Part shown: in pieces, positions 39,480-52,384 of the stretch
Numbering within the stretch: the first letter of the stretch is position 1
Layout: the number at the start of each line of letters is the position of its first letter
Assembly (NCBI GenBank): GCA_964016885.1
Contig: OZ024765.1
Location: 5,890,001 to 5,954,000 of the forward strand
Direction: 5' to 3'
DNA from: Eledone cirrhosa
Lineage: Eukaryota
DNA length: 64,000 nt
The notes under the pieces: model-generated
Database searches by the model: none
What the model was told of the DNA's origin: nothing
The model's input: the letters and a program-made list of their open reading frames with translations, nothing else
Made by a program: the position numbers and the translations under genes

Positions 39480-40060
39480 CCCTAGACAGGTTTGAATTCA
39501 AGAGCGGAGAAACTTGAAATAACTGCAGGAACTATATATAGAGAGAAACTGACATTTGGGATGCGGCATGCAGCGACACGTTCTCTGCCTCCAACCTTAT
39601 TGCTTCGGACACAAACCCGGGTTCCGTTGCCCTCGGTGACTAGGAAAGAAATATAGCCAAATACCGGTACCTGGCTGACTGCTTCGTCTTTCAACCGGTC
39701 TCTGCGGAGACCTTTGGTGTCGTTAGTCCTTTCATTACCACAGAGGAGAGGAAGCTAGTTAAATATGGAGGCCTGGCCGACCGCTTCCTCTGTCGAAACC
39801 TTTGGTGTCGTTAGTCCTTTCATTGCCACAGAGGAGAGGAAGCTAGTTAAATATGGAGGCCTGGCCGACCGCTTCCTCTGGTGCCCTTGGTCTTCACATT
39901 GCCGATTTTCTCTGTAAAGTCGGAAAGACGGAGGCCCGCTTGAAAAGAAAGCCCTGTGAGATGAGGTGGCTGTTGCAGCGAGTGTCACTAGCCATTCGCC
40001 ATGATAATGCCTTTGCCGTTTTGTCTGCGGGGTGCAGCCTAGTCGCCGCTCGGATTGAGG
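39480..40060 (+). mobile_element. CRE-like non-LTR retrotransposon endonuclease remnant
   Basis: WDAACSDTFSASN...KYRYL....FQPVSAETFGV...WLLQRVSLAIRHDNA resembles the REL C-terminus; has a stop, a frameshift and an internal ~90-bp duplication. Confidence 0.6.
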
Positions 40061-40616
40061 TGTAGTGTCTCTACCATTCTTTCGTTGCTTAATCTTTTTT
40101 TATTTTATTTTCGTTTCCCTTTAATAGTGTATTTTGTTTATATTAAATACTGCTCAATATGCCCAGACCGTTTTATTGGAATAATCGACTCCAATACTAG
40201 ACTGGCACTTTATTTATCGACCTCGAAAGAAGGCAATATGATGTTAAAGTCGGCGGGAACTGAATTCAGAGCGCAGAGAGCTGGAACGAATATTACTAAG
40301 TATTTTATCCAGCTCAGTCAATTCCCCGTTTTATTAGGAAAAGGAAACTCTGTGGGAAAATAAAACAAATGGGAGTAACATAAGATTTATCTTCCCTTAT
40401 TAATTTCATTTTTTTTTCAGTTAGGTTGGCGTGTAATCTCGAACATTCGTGATTTCGATTAACGACTCAAAAATTTAAAAATATGTACCGATTATATTAT
40501 TAGCTTACATCCATAGTTCATATCGATAGCAGAACTTTTAAAAAATATTTAATTTTCTCCATTTTATTTAATAAATTTCATTGTAGTTATTTTTTCTATT
40601 TTTGTTTTACTAGTTT

Positions 40617-40694
<78 letters not shown>

Positions 40695-40796
40695 CGCTTA
40701 CTTTAAAAAATAAAATATAAAGTTAATAAAACTTTCTTTTTTTTTTTTGAAATATTCGTCATACAAAAAGCTTGATCGTTTCTGCGGGACACTGAA

Positions 40797-40845
40797 GCGG
40801 AAGTTGTGATTGAATGAGCGGAAAAGCTGTTATAACTATGACAAC
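40797..40845 (+). promoter_or_regulatory. Putative BBS9 promoter: ETS-like GCGGAAGT and RFX X-box ATAACTATGACAAC (40832-40845)
   Basis: The 14-mer fits the X-box consensus RTHNYYWTRRNRAC of ciliary genes and lies in a locally CpG-richer island before a donor site. Confidence 0.65.
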
Positions 40846-40918
40846 GAATAGCGTCCAGTATGGCTACGTGAGCAGAAAGATTTCTTGAACGTTATTCGCA
40901 CCTGCCAAGGTGATCTAG
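40846..40918 (+). other. BBS9: Probable non-coding first exon of BBS9 (5' end uncertain)
   Basis: AG|GTACGT donor at 40918/40919; a matching acceptor (ttccattccttag) at 41551 lies 18 nt before the ATG. Confidence 0.55.
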
Positions 40919-41569
40919 GTACGTCTCCCGGAATCTGGATATCATATATAAATACGCATACATTCTCGCACATATATGCGATGGCCGATCGGTCGTCATG
41001 GCTCTAGATGGTGTATATATATATAAGTACATATATATATACATATAAAACTTTTAATCTGTACTAATAATATATATATATATATATACTTTTAATCTGT
41101 ACTTATATATATATATATAAGTACAGATTAAAAGTTTAAGCAATGAATTTCTGCTTTCACTCTATGTGTGTGTGTGTGTGTGTATATATATATGTGTGTG
41201 TGTGTGTTATTTAGAAAACGTAATAGTTAAAAACCTATTATTTTATGCAAGAACCTTTGTTAAGTTATGTTCCATAGGCAGTGTCTTTCATCAGAAATAT
41301 CGTAACAAAAGTGTTAAAATGTTTATATTTAGCTAAAGACTTTCCATTATGATTTTATGTAAGATCCTTTGTTAAGTTATGATCCATGGCCATGGTAATG
41401 AAAGGGTTAAAGTATTTATATTTAGTTAAACACCTATTATAATTTTATGTAAGAACCTTTGTTAAGTTATGTTCGATAGACCATATCTTTCATTAGAAAT
41501 ATACGTAAGCATGAAATATTTCTAAAGTTTTGTCAATTTTCCATTCCTTAGATTGTCATCCAAGGAGCC

Positions 41570-41678
41570 ATGTCGCTCTTTAAAGTACGTGACTGGTGGT
41601 CAACGAAAGTTGGAGTGGAGGAAGAGTTTGACCAAGGATGTTTATGTGTAGCTAATATCATCGATGGTGAACAATATG
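41570..41678 (+). CDS. BBS9: BBS9/PTHB1 first coding exon (MSLFKVRDWWSTKVGVEEEFDQGCLCVANIIDGEQY)
   Basis: MSLFK.RDWWST...EEFDQGCLC.AN is the characteristic PTHB1 N-terminus; GCCATG context; GTAAG donor. Confidence 0.97.
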
Positions 41679-41778
41679 GTAAGTTATGGAAACTATTTTT
41701 TTTATAATTGTATATATCAGGAACCATGTCCAGTTGTTTGAGCAAAGTTAAAATTATATGTATTTTGAACGATGTCTA

Positions 41779-42373
41779 TTAACCCTTTAGCATTTACATT
41801 ACTGGAGGCACATGGTTTAGTGGTTAGAGCATTGGGCTTGCAATCGAAAGGTTGTGAGTTCAATTCCCAGACCAGGTGATGTGTTGTTTCCTTGATCAAG
41901 ACACTTTATTTCACATTGCTCCAGTTTACTCAGCTGTAGAAATGAGATGATAGGGACTGGGGTCCCTATCATTCCACTGCAAAGTGGTCGTGGAGGTGCC
42001 ACAGCAAAAAACCACCCAGCACTCACTGTAAATGAAGTTGGTGTTAGGAAGGGCATCCAGCTGTAGAAATCAGGCCAGAATCAGTTCCCGCCCCACCCTT
42101 GCAAGCAGGGAAAAGCGGACGTAAAATGATGATGATGATGATGATTACTCTATATTTACTATTATATATTCACAGTAAAGGCTTTATCTTACATAATTAT
42201 CTCACATAACATAATATAAAATCTATGAGATTTTGATATTATTTATTTTGAGAACAATACCTCAACATAAGTATAATTATTAATTAACAAATTAAGTATA
42301 AAAAGCCAATTTGAACAGAAAAAGGTGAGAGAATCCTGGCCGGACACGGTTGGTTTAAATGCTAAAGGGTTAA
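41779..42373. mobile_element. piggyBac-like MITE (TTAA-CCCTTTAGCATTTA TIRs) with a SINE inserted; other copies or fragments at 10610-11120, 11385-11602, 14330-14850, 19060-19270, 42570-42766, 44350-44810, 51020-51410 and 56030-56625
   Basis: TTAA duplication, CCC...GGG termini, 14-bp inverted repeats, about 250-bp body. Confidence 0.75.
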
Positions 42374-43290
42374 ACGATGTCAGTTTGAGCGAACCTCAAA
42401 CTGCTTTCAGCAAAGTTGATAAAAGTAAAAATATACTAGAAATCTACGCTTATTTTTGTACAAATAATTACACCCTCACAACGAGTAAATAGAAAATCTA
42501 TTAAATATCAATACATTTTATTGTAGAAAGAATTAAAAAGTCACAATGTTTAAAATTTAAAAAATGAATTATTAGCATTTAAACTGACCATATTTCTCTC
42601 ACCTCTTTCTGTTCAAACTGGCCATAACTGTCTCATACTGATGTTAAGGTATTGTTCTCAAAATAAATAATATCAAAATCTCATAGATTCAATATTATGT
42701 GAAGTAAAGCCTTTACTGTGAAAATACAATAGTAAATATAGAGTAATGTAAATGTTAAAATGTTAAAATTAATCTTCACTGAAATTACCGTTAGCTCAAA
42801 TTAACTTTGCTCAAAATGAATGGCACTATAGGGAACAGCCCTTTTTTTCCATATATATGTTCCATTTTTTGGCATAGTTTCTGTGGGTCAAGTACCTTTA
42901 CAGAGTGTACTGGGTACATTTTATCCTGACACCAGCACTAACACTTTTACAGAGTGTACAGGGTGTATTTTGTTGTGGCTCCAGCACTAACAGTTTTACA
43001 GAGTGTACAGGGAGTATTTTTGTCATGGCACCAGTACTACCCCTTTACAGAGTTGACTGGGTGTATTTTATCATGACACCAGCACTACCATTTTGCAGAA
43101 TGTACCAGGTGCATTTCATCATAGTACCAGTACTACAACGTTACAGAGTGTACAGGGTACATTTTGTTGTAGCACCAGCTCTACCTCTTTACAGAGTGTA
43201 CAAGGTGCATTTAAAAAAAAACCTTTTGTTTTATTTATCAAATCAGCAATATTTCTTATATTTGTTTCTCATCTTTATTTCCTTCTACAG

Positions 43291-43450
43291 ATCAAATAAT
43301 TACTGGAAGTTTCCAGGGAATGCTACGGATTTACAACCCACAACCTACCAAGACTGACCACGGATGGAGTGGTTTCAATCCCCAGCACCTACTTCTTGAG
43401 ACCCCATTTCAGCTCCCTATTCTACAGATATCTGCTGGACAGTTTGTGTC
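43291..43450 (+). CDS. BBS9: BBS9 coding exon 2 (DQIITGSFQGMLRIYNPQP...LLLETPFQLPILQISAGQFVS)
   Basis: Manual translation; canonical sites; 160 nt; frame consistent. Confidence 0.96.
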
Positions 43451-43920
43451 GTAAGTAGAGAAAAGAACGGCTTCGGTCTTTAGATTACACATCCCAACAC
43501 TTTATAGACTATATATATATCTAGGGCGGGTAAAATTCCCAAGATCCATGGACGAGTTCTCTCCAGCAGTCTCTGTCCTTCATCATCACCGCCATGTCCC
43601 GTGTCTGTCCTTAGGGCATCAACATATGTCAACCTCGGTCTCCCTCTTCTAATGTGTCCATGCAGGGGCTCTCACAGGAGTACTGAGTGCAGTGTCAACT
43701 CTGAATGTCAGTGAGCATGTCCAGCTAACCTCAGTCTCTGTGTTACTTTCAAGCTGGCTTTTGGGAGTTCTTCATCCTCAGTGTATACTGATTAATGTTC
43801 AGAGCATTCTCATGTAGCACCCATCCACCAACTGTAAAAGGTAAACAGAAATAATAACACAAACAGCACAGTATATAGAAGGAATATATTAGTTTAATAC
43901 TTGAAATAACAGGAAGAAGG

Positions 43921-43956
43921 TCTTAACGTTTCAGACGCTAGTCCTTCATCAGAAGA
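43921..43956 (-). ncRNA. Minimal hammerhead ribozyme motif (second copy)
   Basis: Reverse complement TCTT-CTGATGA-A-GGAC(TAGC)GTCT-GAAACGTT-AAGA; one G-U pair in stem II. Confidence 0.65.
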
Positions 43957-44867
43957 AAGAATGCAAAATTGGAAAAAATGTTTTTAGAGAAAAATAACAG
44001 GTCCATTCATGTTGACATCCCTTGGAAAACTGTTGATGCTGGCGTTTTGTGGATGATTTACTTTTTTAGAAAAGTGGATGATGGAGCGCGTCTACCTGAA
44101 ATGGAAAAAAAAAACGTTTTGTATATAGAGCTATATATGTGTGTGTGTGTTATTATACGTACACATGAAGTTAAGACGATATGTGTGTGTATATGTAAGT
44201 AAAAGAGTGTATGTATGTGTGCTTGCCATTTCAACAGCTAGTTCCAATATATATATGCAGGGTGTCCCAAAAAATGTATACACAATTTGATTACTTGTAC
44301 AGGAAATAGCCGGTTGGAACAGAAAGAAGTGAAAGAATTTTGGCCAGTTTAACCCTTTAGCATTTACATTACTCTATATTTGCTATTATATTTTCATGGT
44401 AAAGGCTTTATCTCACGTAACATAGAATCTATGAGATTTTGAGAACAATACCTTAACCTTTAGTATTTAAACTGGCCATATCCAGCCAGAATTCTCTCAC
44501 CTCCTTCTGTTCAAACTGGCTGTAACTGGCTGCTCATATTTATATTAAGGTATTGTTCTCAAAATAAATGATATCAAAATCTCATAGATTCGATACCATG
44601 AAAATACAATAGTATATATAAAGTAATGTAAATGTTATGTGAGATATTATCTAAAGTAAAGCCTTTACCACAAAAATACAATAGTATATATAGAGTAATG
44701 TAAATATTAAAGAGTTAACATCAGTATGAGTGGCTGGTTACAGCTGGTTTGACAGAAAGAGGTGAGAGAATTCTGGCCATATACAGCTGGTGTAAATACT
44801 AAAGAGTTAAACATTTATCAAGTTCTTTGATGGTCTTTCACTTAAAAATGTATCTGTATGTTTCCAG

Positions 44868-44932
44868 TGGCACAGAGAAACTACACCTGGCCATTCTCCA
44901 CCCACAGAAATTAAGTGTTTATGGGGTTACAG
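44868..44932 (+). CDS. BBS9: BBS9 coding exon 3 (GTEKLHLAILHPQKLSVYGVT)
   Basis: LHLA.LH..KL.VY motif; cag/GTGAG; 65 nt. Confidence 0.95.
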
Positions 44933-45019
44933 GTGAGTAATAATACACCTTCTACTATAGGCACAGGCCAGCAATTAGGGGTTGGATAAAATCGACCTTG
45001 ATTGCAACTACACTTGCCT

Positions 45020-45888
45020 GCTTCGACGCATTTAGAACATAAGTTGGAGACATCTGACTTTGAAAGAAATATATGCCAGCTTCCCACACATATCTGTCGT
45101 TGTATGTAAAAGGAGAGTAAGATTTGCTGGCCACTGCCATCGTGCCACCTATGAGGCTGTGTCCCCATTAGTGCTTTGGAAACCACAAGCAGTCACTAAT
45201 AACAGGGGCCACAAGCTCTTCTATCACGATTTGCTGGTCACTGCCATCGTGCCACCTCTAAGGCTGTGTCCCCATTAGTGCTTTGGAAACCACAAGCAGT
45301 CACTAATAACAGGGGCCACAAGCTCTTCTATCACGATTTGCTGGTCACTGCCATCGTGCCACCTCTAAGGCTGTGTCCCCATTAGTGCTTTGGAAACCAC
45401 AAGCAGTCACTAATAACAGGGGCCACAAGCTCTTCTATCACAATTTGCTGGCCACTGCCATCGTGCCACCTCTAAGGCTGTGTCCCCATTAGTGCTTTGG
45501 AAACCACAAGCAGTCACTAATAACAGGGGCCACAAGCTCTTCTATCACAATTTGCTGGCCACTGCCATCGTGCCACCTCTAAGGCTGTGTCCCCATTAGT
45601 GCTTTGGAAACCACAAGCAGTCACTAATAACAGGGGCCACAAGCTCTTCTATCACGATTTGCTGGTCACTGCCATCGTGCCACCTCTAAGGCTGTGTCCC
45701 CATTAGTGCTTTGGAAACCACAAGCAGTCACTAATAACAGGGGGTGCAAGCTCTCCTATCCCGATGTCATCTCCAGAGATTCTGGTATTGAAATCCAGGA
45801 TTTGGCAATGGCAATGAACAACAGACCCACGTGGAGATCAATTGTTGTGTCGATTTCGGCTGAGGCCATTGGACAATGATGATGATGA
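45020..45888 (+). mobile_element. LINE 3' fragment with a 107-bp x~6 internal tandem
   Basis: RRVRFAGHCHRA....SPLVLWKP...KLSYPDVISRDSG and a (TGA)n tail. Confidence 0.7.
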
Positions 45889-47611
45889 AATTGACTAGTG
45901 CTTTATGTTATCGACCCCGTAAGGGTGAAAGGCAAAGTTAACCTTGTTGCGAGTTTGATAAAATAAAGCACCACGTCAATTTAATTGACTTTCCTCTCCC
46001 ACCAACTTGCTGGCTTTGTGTAATAATTGTTTCTACTTTTGGCACAAGGCCAGTAATTATCCCAGTGTATTACTGGTACTTTATTTTATCGACCCCATAA
46101 GGGTGAAAGTCAAAGTTAACCTTGGCGGGATTTAAACTCAGAATGGCAAGGGCCATAACTCTATGCGTCAAAGCATGGCGTCCGACCCTCTACCGATACT
46201 GCCAAGCTACCATCATCATCAGGTCGAGCTTGCTCGGCTTTCTACGACACGTTTCCTCCATCCATCTCTGTCTCTCATAGTGTTTGCCAGTTCTTCCGCA
46301 GTGCATCCAGTATCGTCCTCAAGTTGCTTGATGTATGTCTTCTTGGGACGACCAGCGGTTTTTGCTCCAATACTGCCAATCCACCACCCTAATAATGCAC
46401 CTTTGTCTCTATATTATCAATATTTAGCATCTAAATGAGGTGTTGAAATATTTTCACTTTGGAAGTGGATATTACAGTGGTTTCACTTTTGAGGTGAAAT
46501 TCATATTTCCTATTGTTTTTGATGTTTTAAATGACTGTTGCTATGGAAATTTTAAAACTTCATAAATATATTCTCCACTTGTGAGAATTTCAAAACTTCA
46601 TCAGCTAAGCAATATACAAAAAGCACTCAGTACACTCTGTAAAGTGGTAGTGCTGATGCCATGACAAAAAGAACTCTGTACACTCTGTAAAGTGGTAGTG
46701 CTGATGCCATGATAAAAAGCACTCAGTATACTCTGTAAAGTGGTAGTGCTGATGCCATGATAAAAAGCACTCAGTACACTCTGTAAAGTGGTAGTGCTGA
46801 TGCCATGATAAAAAGCACTCAGTACACTCTGTAAAGTGGTAGTGCTGATGCCATGATAAAAAGCACTCAGTACACTCTGTAAAGTGGTAGTGCTGATGCC
46901 ATGATAAAAAGCACTCAGTACACTCTGTAAAGTGGTAGTGCTGATGCCATGATAAAAAGCACCCAGTACACTCTGTAAAGTGGTAGTGCTGATGCCATGA
47001 TAAAAAGCACTCAGTACACTCTGTAAAGTGGTAGTGCTGATGCCATGATAAAAAGCACCCAGTACACTCTGTAAAGTGGTAGTGCTGATGCCATGATAAA
47101 AAGCACTCAGTACACTCTGTAAAGTGGTAGTGCTGATGCCATGATAAAAAGCACTCAGTACACTCTGTAAAGTGGTAGTGCTGATGCCATGATAAAAAGC
47201 ACCCAGTACACTCTGTAAAGTGGTAGTGCTGATGCCATGATAAAAAGCACCCAGTACACTCTGTAAAGTGGTAGTGCTGATGCCATGATAAAAAGCACTC
47301 AGTACACTCTGTAAAGTGGTAGTGCTGATGCCATGATAAAAAGCACTCAGTACACTCTGTAAAGTGATAGTGCTGATGCCATAATAAAAAGCACCCAGTA
47401 CACTCTGTAAAGTGGTAGTGCTGATGCCATGATAAAAAGCACCCAGTACACTCTGTAAAGTGGTAGTGCTGATGCCATGATAAAAAGCACCCAGTACACT
47501 CTGTAAAGTGGTAGTGCTGGTTGGTACCTTGACAAAAAGGTACTCAGTCCACCTTGAGTTATGATGATGGTTGTGGTGTTGGTGATGATGATGTCATCTG
47601 TATTATTTCAG

Positions 47612-47725
47612 CTGTAACCGGTCATGTGGAACAAGGAAACCACTACCAACTCTATCACATGTATGAACACAACTTACAAAGATCTGTTTACAACTTCTGT
47701 TACGGTCCATTTGGTAATGTCTACG
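47612..47725 (+). CDS. BBS9: BBS9 coding exon 4 (AVTGHVEQGNHYQLYHMYEHNLQRSVYNFCYGPFGNVY)
   Basis: MYEHNLQR...YGPFG motif; 114 nt. Confidence 0.96.
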
Positions 47726-48545
47726 GTAAGTAGGATAGTCTTTGAGTGTTTTACTTGTTCTGCAACTAACATGATGTAATTAATGTCTTTGTACATATGT
47801 GTGGAAACTGAAAGAATTGAACTGTTGAAGAGTCATTTTAGCCAATATATATATATACACAGTAAAGAGAGACAAACACAGATATATAACTATATGTGTT
47901 TAAATCACTGGGTCCTCTATCATTAAAAGACCCAAGAAACCAGCTATAAAATACAACCTCATAGGAGGCCAGCTAAACCTACATAGGTGTGAGCTGTAAC
48001 AACATGATAGGACTGGGTCCCCTGTCATTAGAACACACAAGAAACCCCCTATAAAATACAACCTCATAGGAGGCCAGCTAAACCTACATAGGTGTGAGCT
48101 GTAACAACATGACAGGACTGGGTCCCCTGTCATTAGAACACACAATAAACCTCCTATAAAATACAACCTCATAGAAGGCCACCTTAACCTACATAGGTGT
48201 GAGCTGTAACAACATGACAGGACTGGGTCCCCTGTCATTAAAAGACCCAAGAAACCTCCTATAAAATACAACCTCATAGGAGGCCACCTTAACCTACATA
48301 GGTGTGAGCTGTAACAACATGATAGGACTGGGTCCCCTGTCATTAGAACACACAAGAAACCCCCTATGAAATACAACCTCATAGGAGGCCACCTTAACCT
48401 ACATAGGTGTGAGCTGTAACAACATAATAGGACTGGGGTCCCTGTCATTAGAACACAAGAAACCTCCTATAATATACAACCTCATAGGAGGCCATCTTAA
48501 TGTTAATAGTTGCGTTATGAGCCGTAAGATTTCCACTTTTTTCAG

Positions 48546-48720
48546 GCAAAGATTTCATCTGTGTCCAGTCCCTGGATGGTACAGTGTCTGTGTTTGAACA
48601 AGAGAGTTATGCTTTCACTCGGTTCTTACCCGCTGCCTTCATCCCTGGACCACTCCAGTATGTTCCCAGCACTGACTCACTTGTTACTGTATCTTCAAGC
48701 CGGCTGGTGGAATGTTACAA
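48546..48720 (+). CDS. BBS9: BBS9 coding exon 5 (GKDFICVQSLDGTVSVFEQESYAFTRFLPAAFIPGPL...ECYK)
   Basis: IC.QS.DG...FEQESYAF.RFLP motif; 175 nt. Confidence 0.97.
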
Positions 48721-48734
48721 GTACGTATATATTT

Positions 48735-49785
48735 ACTACTACTACTGCTGCTGCTGCTGTTACTACTACTACTGCTGCTACTATTACTATTAATACTACT
48801 ACTACTACAGTACTGCTGCTGCTATTGCTACTATTGCTATTGCTACTACTACTACTACTACTACTACTACCAGTACTACTGTTGTTGCTGCTACTACTAA
48901 TACTACTAAAGTACTCTTGCTGTTACTACTGCTACTACTACTGCCACTATTACTGTACAGCTTTCGAAACACATATACACTTACATTGCTTTCTAAACAC
49001 ACACATACACTTACAGCTTTCTAAACACAGATATACACACTTACAGCTTTCTAAACTCATATATACACTTACATTGCTTTCTAAGCACACACATACACTT
49101 ACAGCTTTCTAAACTCATATATACAGCTTTCTAAACTCATATTTACAGCTTTCTAAACACATATTTACAGCTTTCTAAACTCATATATACAGCTTTCTAA
49201 ACACATATTTACAGCTTTCTAAGCACACACATACACTTACAGCTTTCTAAACTCATATATACACACTTATAGCTTTCTAAACACATATTTACAGCTTTCT
49301 AAACACATATATACACTTACAGCTTTCTAAACTCATATATACACTTTCAGCTTTCTAAACTCATGTATACACTTTCTAAACTCATATATACACACTTACA
49401 GCTTTCTAAACTCATATATACACACTTACAGCTTTCTAAACACACATATACACACTTACAGCTTTCTAAACACATATATACACACTTACAGCTTTCTAAA
49501 CACATATATACACTTACAGCTTTCTAAACTCATATATACACTTTCAGCTTTCTAAACTCATGTATACACTTTCAGCTTTCTAAACTCATATATACACTTA
49601 CAGCTTTCTAAACTCATATATACACTTACAGCTTTCTAAACTCATATATACACACTTACAGCTTTCTAAACTCATATATACACACTTACAGCTTTCTAAA
49701 CACATATATACACTTACAGCTTTCTAAACACACACACACACACACACACATACATACCTTGTACAGCTTTCTAAACACATATACA
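48735..49785. repeat. (CTA/CTG)n followed by a ~30-bp CAGCTTTCTAAA minisatellite
   Basis: Direct inspection. Confidence 0.9.
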
Positions 49786-49794
49786 CGCACTTAT

Positions 49795-49994
49795 TTTTTC
49801 ATTCCTTTCTCTAGGTACCAAGTCCTAGCTGTAGCAACCTAGCATTTTTCTCATTTCTCTCTCTAGGTACCAAGTCCTAGCTGTAGCAACCTATCATTTA
49901 TCTCATTTCTCTCTCTAGGTACCAAGTCCTAGCTGTAGCAACCTATCATTTTTCTCATTTCTCTCTCTAGGTACCAAGTCCTAGCTGTAGCAAC
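49795..49994 (+). repeat. 52-bp x4 tandem of the BBS9 acceptor plus exon start
   Basis: TCTCTAG|GTACCAAGTCCTAGCTGTAGCAAC, with the AG ending at 49814, 49866, 49918 and 49970. Confidence 0.97.
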
Positions 49995-50049
49995 AGATTC
50001 TAAAACAAAAGAAGAATCACAGAACATTAAACAAGGGAAGCGTGTAACG
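49971..50049 (+). CDS. BBS9: BBS9 coding exon 6 (YQVLAVATDSKTKEESQNIKQGKRVT)
   Basis: KYQVLA.ATD motif across the junction; only the fourth of four tandem acceptors gives an open frame; 79 nt. Confidence 0.92.
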
Positions 50050-50386
50050 GTTGGTATTTGAAGTTGTTGTTGTTGATGGTGGTGGTGGTGGTGTAGTTGT
50101 TGTTGGTAGTGTGGTGTGGTATGGTGGAGTGTAGTGCAGTGCGGTGTGGTGTGGTGTAGTGCAGTGCGGTGTGGTGTGGTGTGGTGTGGTACGGTGTTGT
50201 AAATCTGTGGTGTGGTGTAGTGTTATAGATCTGTGGTGTGGTGTAGTGTTATAGATCTGAGGTGTGGTGTAGCGTTATAGATCTGTGGTCTGGTGAGGTG
50301 TTATGTAGTGTATCTGTAGTATGGTGTTATGATGGTGATGCTATATCTCTTTCCCTAACCCTGATGTCTTTTCTCTTCCCCTACAG

Positions 50387-50480
50387 CCTTACTGGGTCTA
50401 CAGCATCGAGGAAAATGCGCTGGACATAACAACAATCACGTACTGCGCCCAGGAGACGCTGTGTTTCATTTTGGTCCTTG
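50387..50480 (+). CDS. BBS9: BBS9 coding exon 7 (PYWVYSIEENALDITTITYCAQETLCFILVLG)
   Basis: W...I.E.ALDI...VLGE motif; canonical sites; 94 nt. Confidence 0.93.
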
Positions 50481-51925
50481 GTAAGTTCAGCAACGAAAAC
50501 AGCAATGGGCTTGTCCAGCCTGCTTTCTCTGGCTTGATGATATGTGATTGCTATTGAATGGATGCAGAGGCATAACTAGGGTATGGCACCCGTAGAATTA
50601 TCATGGGTGCCACCTAAACTAGGAACACTTTCTGTTAAAGTCAGATAAGCTATCAGCAGAGAGTCGTCATCATCATCATTATCATTTTACGTCTGCTTTT
50701 CCCTGCTTGCAAGGGTGGGATGGGTCCTATTCAGCACGGCATCTCTCCACTTGTCAGGGTCCATTCGTGAGCTTCAGCAATCTCAGGTCAGCTCTCACCA
50801 CCTCCGTCCGTGATTTTCGTGGTCTTCCTCTACTGCGTCTTCCTTCCACTGGGATTTCTTGGCACTTCTTTACCCAGTGGTCATCTTCCATGCACATCAC
50901 ATGTCCATACCAATGCAGTCTTCTCCCCCGCACACTACAACTTATCCCTCTTATACACAGTTTCTCTCTAACTCGTCTATGCTTGGTGACAAAAGAGCCC
51001 CCCACAAAATTTGCTGCTTTTGTATTTAAACCAGCCATATCCGGCCAGAATTCTCTCACTTCTTTCTGTTCAAACCAGCCATAACCAACTGCTCATACTG
51101 ATGTTAAGGTATTGTTCTCAAAATAAATAATATCAAAATCTCATAGATTCAATATCATGAGGGATAATTATGTGAGGTAAAGCCTTTACTGTGAAAATAC
51201 AATAGTATATATAGAGTAATGTAAATGCTAAAGGGTTAAACCAACCATATCAGCCAGAATATTCTCACCAGCTGCTAATACTGATGTTACGGTATTGTTT
51301 TCAAAATAAATAATATCAAACTCTTGTAGATTCAATATTATGTGAGATAAAGTTTTTACCGTGAAAATACAACAGTATATATAGAGTAATGTAAATGGTA
51401 AAGGGTTAAGTGGTGGATGGTACCAGTGATGTACTGGGGTTGATTTAATTATCTTTGCCTTTTCTCCGAAAATTGTACCCAGTACACTCTGGAAGGGCTT
51501 CTGGCTGTAGAAACCATGTCAAAAAAGGTTGAGAAGACCCTTCAGTTACATCAAGAACATAACAATCCCTATAGTGTTGGTGACATGATAAAATGCATCT
51601 AGTATGCTCTGTAAAGTGGTTGGCAATAGGAAATACATCCAGCCATAGAAACTATGTCAAACCAAGGGTTGAAAGGACCCTTCAGTCACAACACGGCAAC
51701 CTTTCTAGGGCTGGTGACATGCTAGAACACACCCAGTACACTCTGTAAAGTGGTTGGTGTTAGTAAGGGCATCCAGCAGTAGAAAGCTTGCCAAACAAAG
51801 GGTTGAGAGAAGCCTTCAGTTATGTCAAGGGCATGAGGACCTCTCTAGTGTTAGTGACATGATTAAACGCACCAAGTGCACTCTGTAAAGGAATATGAAT
51901 CCATATTTTACTGCTTTATTTTCAG

Positions 51926-52021
51926 GTGAACGTAACATCTACCTGTTGACAGAAAATGGATGTCTACACTTCATGAAGAAACTGGAATATGATGTTAGTT
52001 GTTTCTGTTCCTATGTACCCA
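51926..52021 (+). CDS. BBS9: BBS9 coding exon 8 (ERNIYLLTENGCLHFMKKLEYDVSCFCSYVP)
   Basis: GERN...L..NG...FMKKL....SCF motif; 96 nt. Confidence 0.95.
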
Positions 52022-52384
52022 GTAAGTGGCAAATGTTTTCTGTTCTGTAATAGCACAGGAGGGGGAGAGGGAGGGGTTGTCATCATCATCATCAACATCA
52101 CTATTATTATTGTTGTATATATATTATGAGATATAACCTCGTAGGAGGTCAGCTAAACCTACACAGGTGTGAGCTGTAACAAGAACACATCATCATCATC
52201 ATCGTTTAACATCTATCTTCTACGCTAGCATAGGTTTAGACGGGAGTTGTCCCACTTGAGGCAAGATTGGTTGGGTGACCGTGTCTCGCTCGTATAGGAC
52301 TATCTGGCAGGTTTTCTACGGCTGGATGCCCTTCCTAACACCAACCACGTTTACAGTGTGGACTGGGAGGTTTTTACCGTGTTA

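Noticed and set aside
46620-47520. CRISPR-like regular repeats
   Set aside because: Units are contiguous with no unique spacers, there are no cas genes, the context is a eukaryotic intron, and the unit is SINE-derived.
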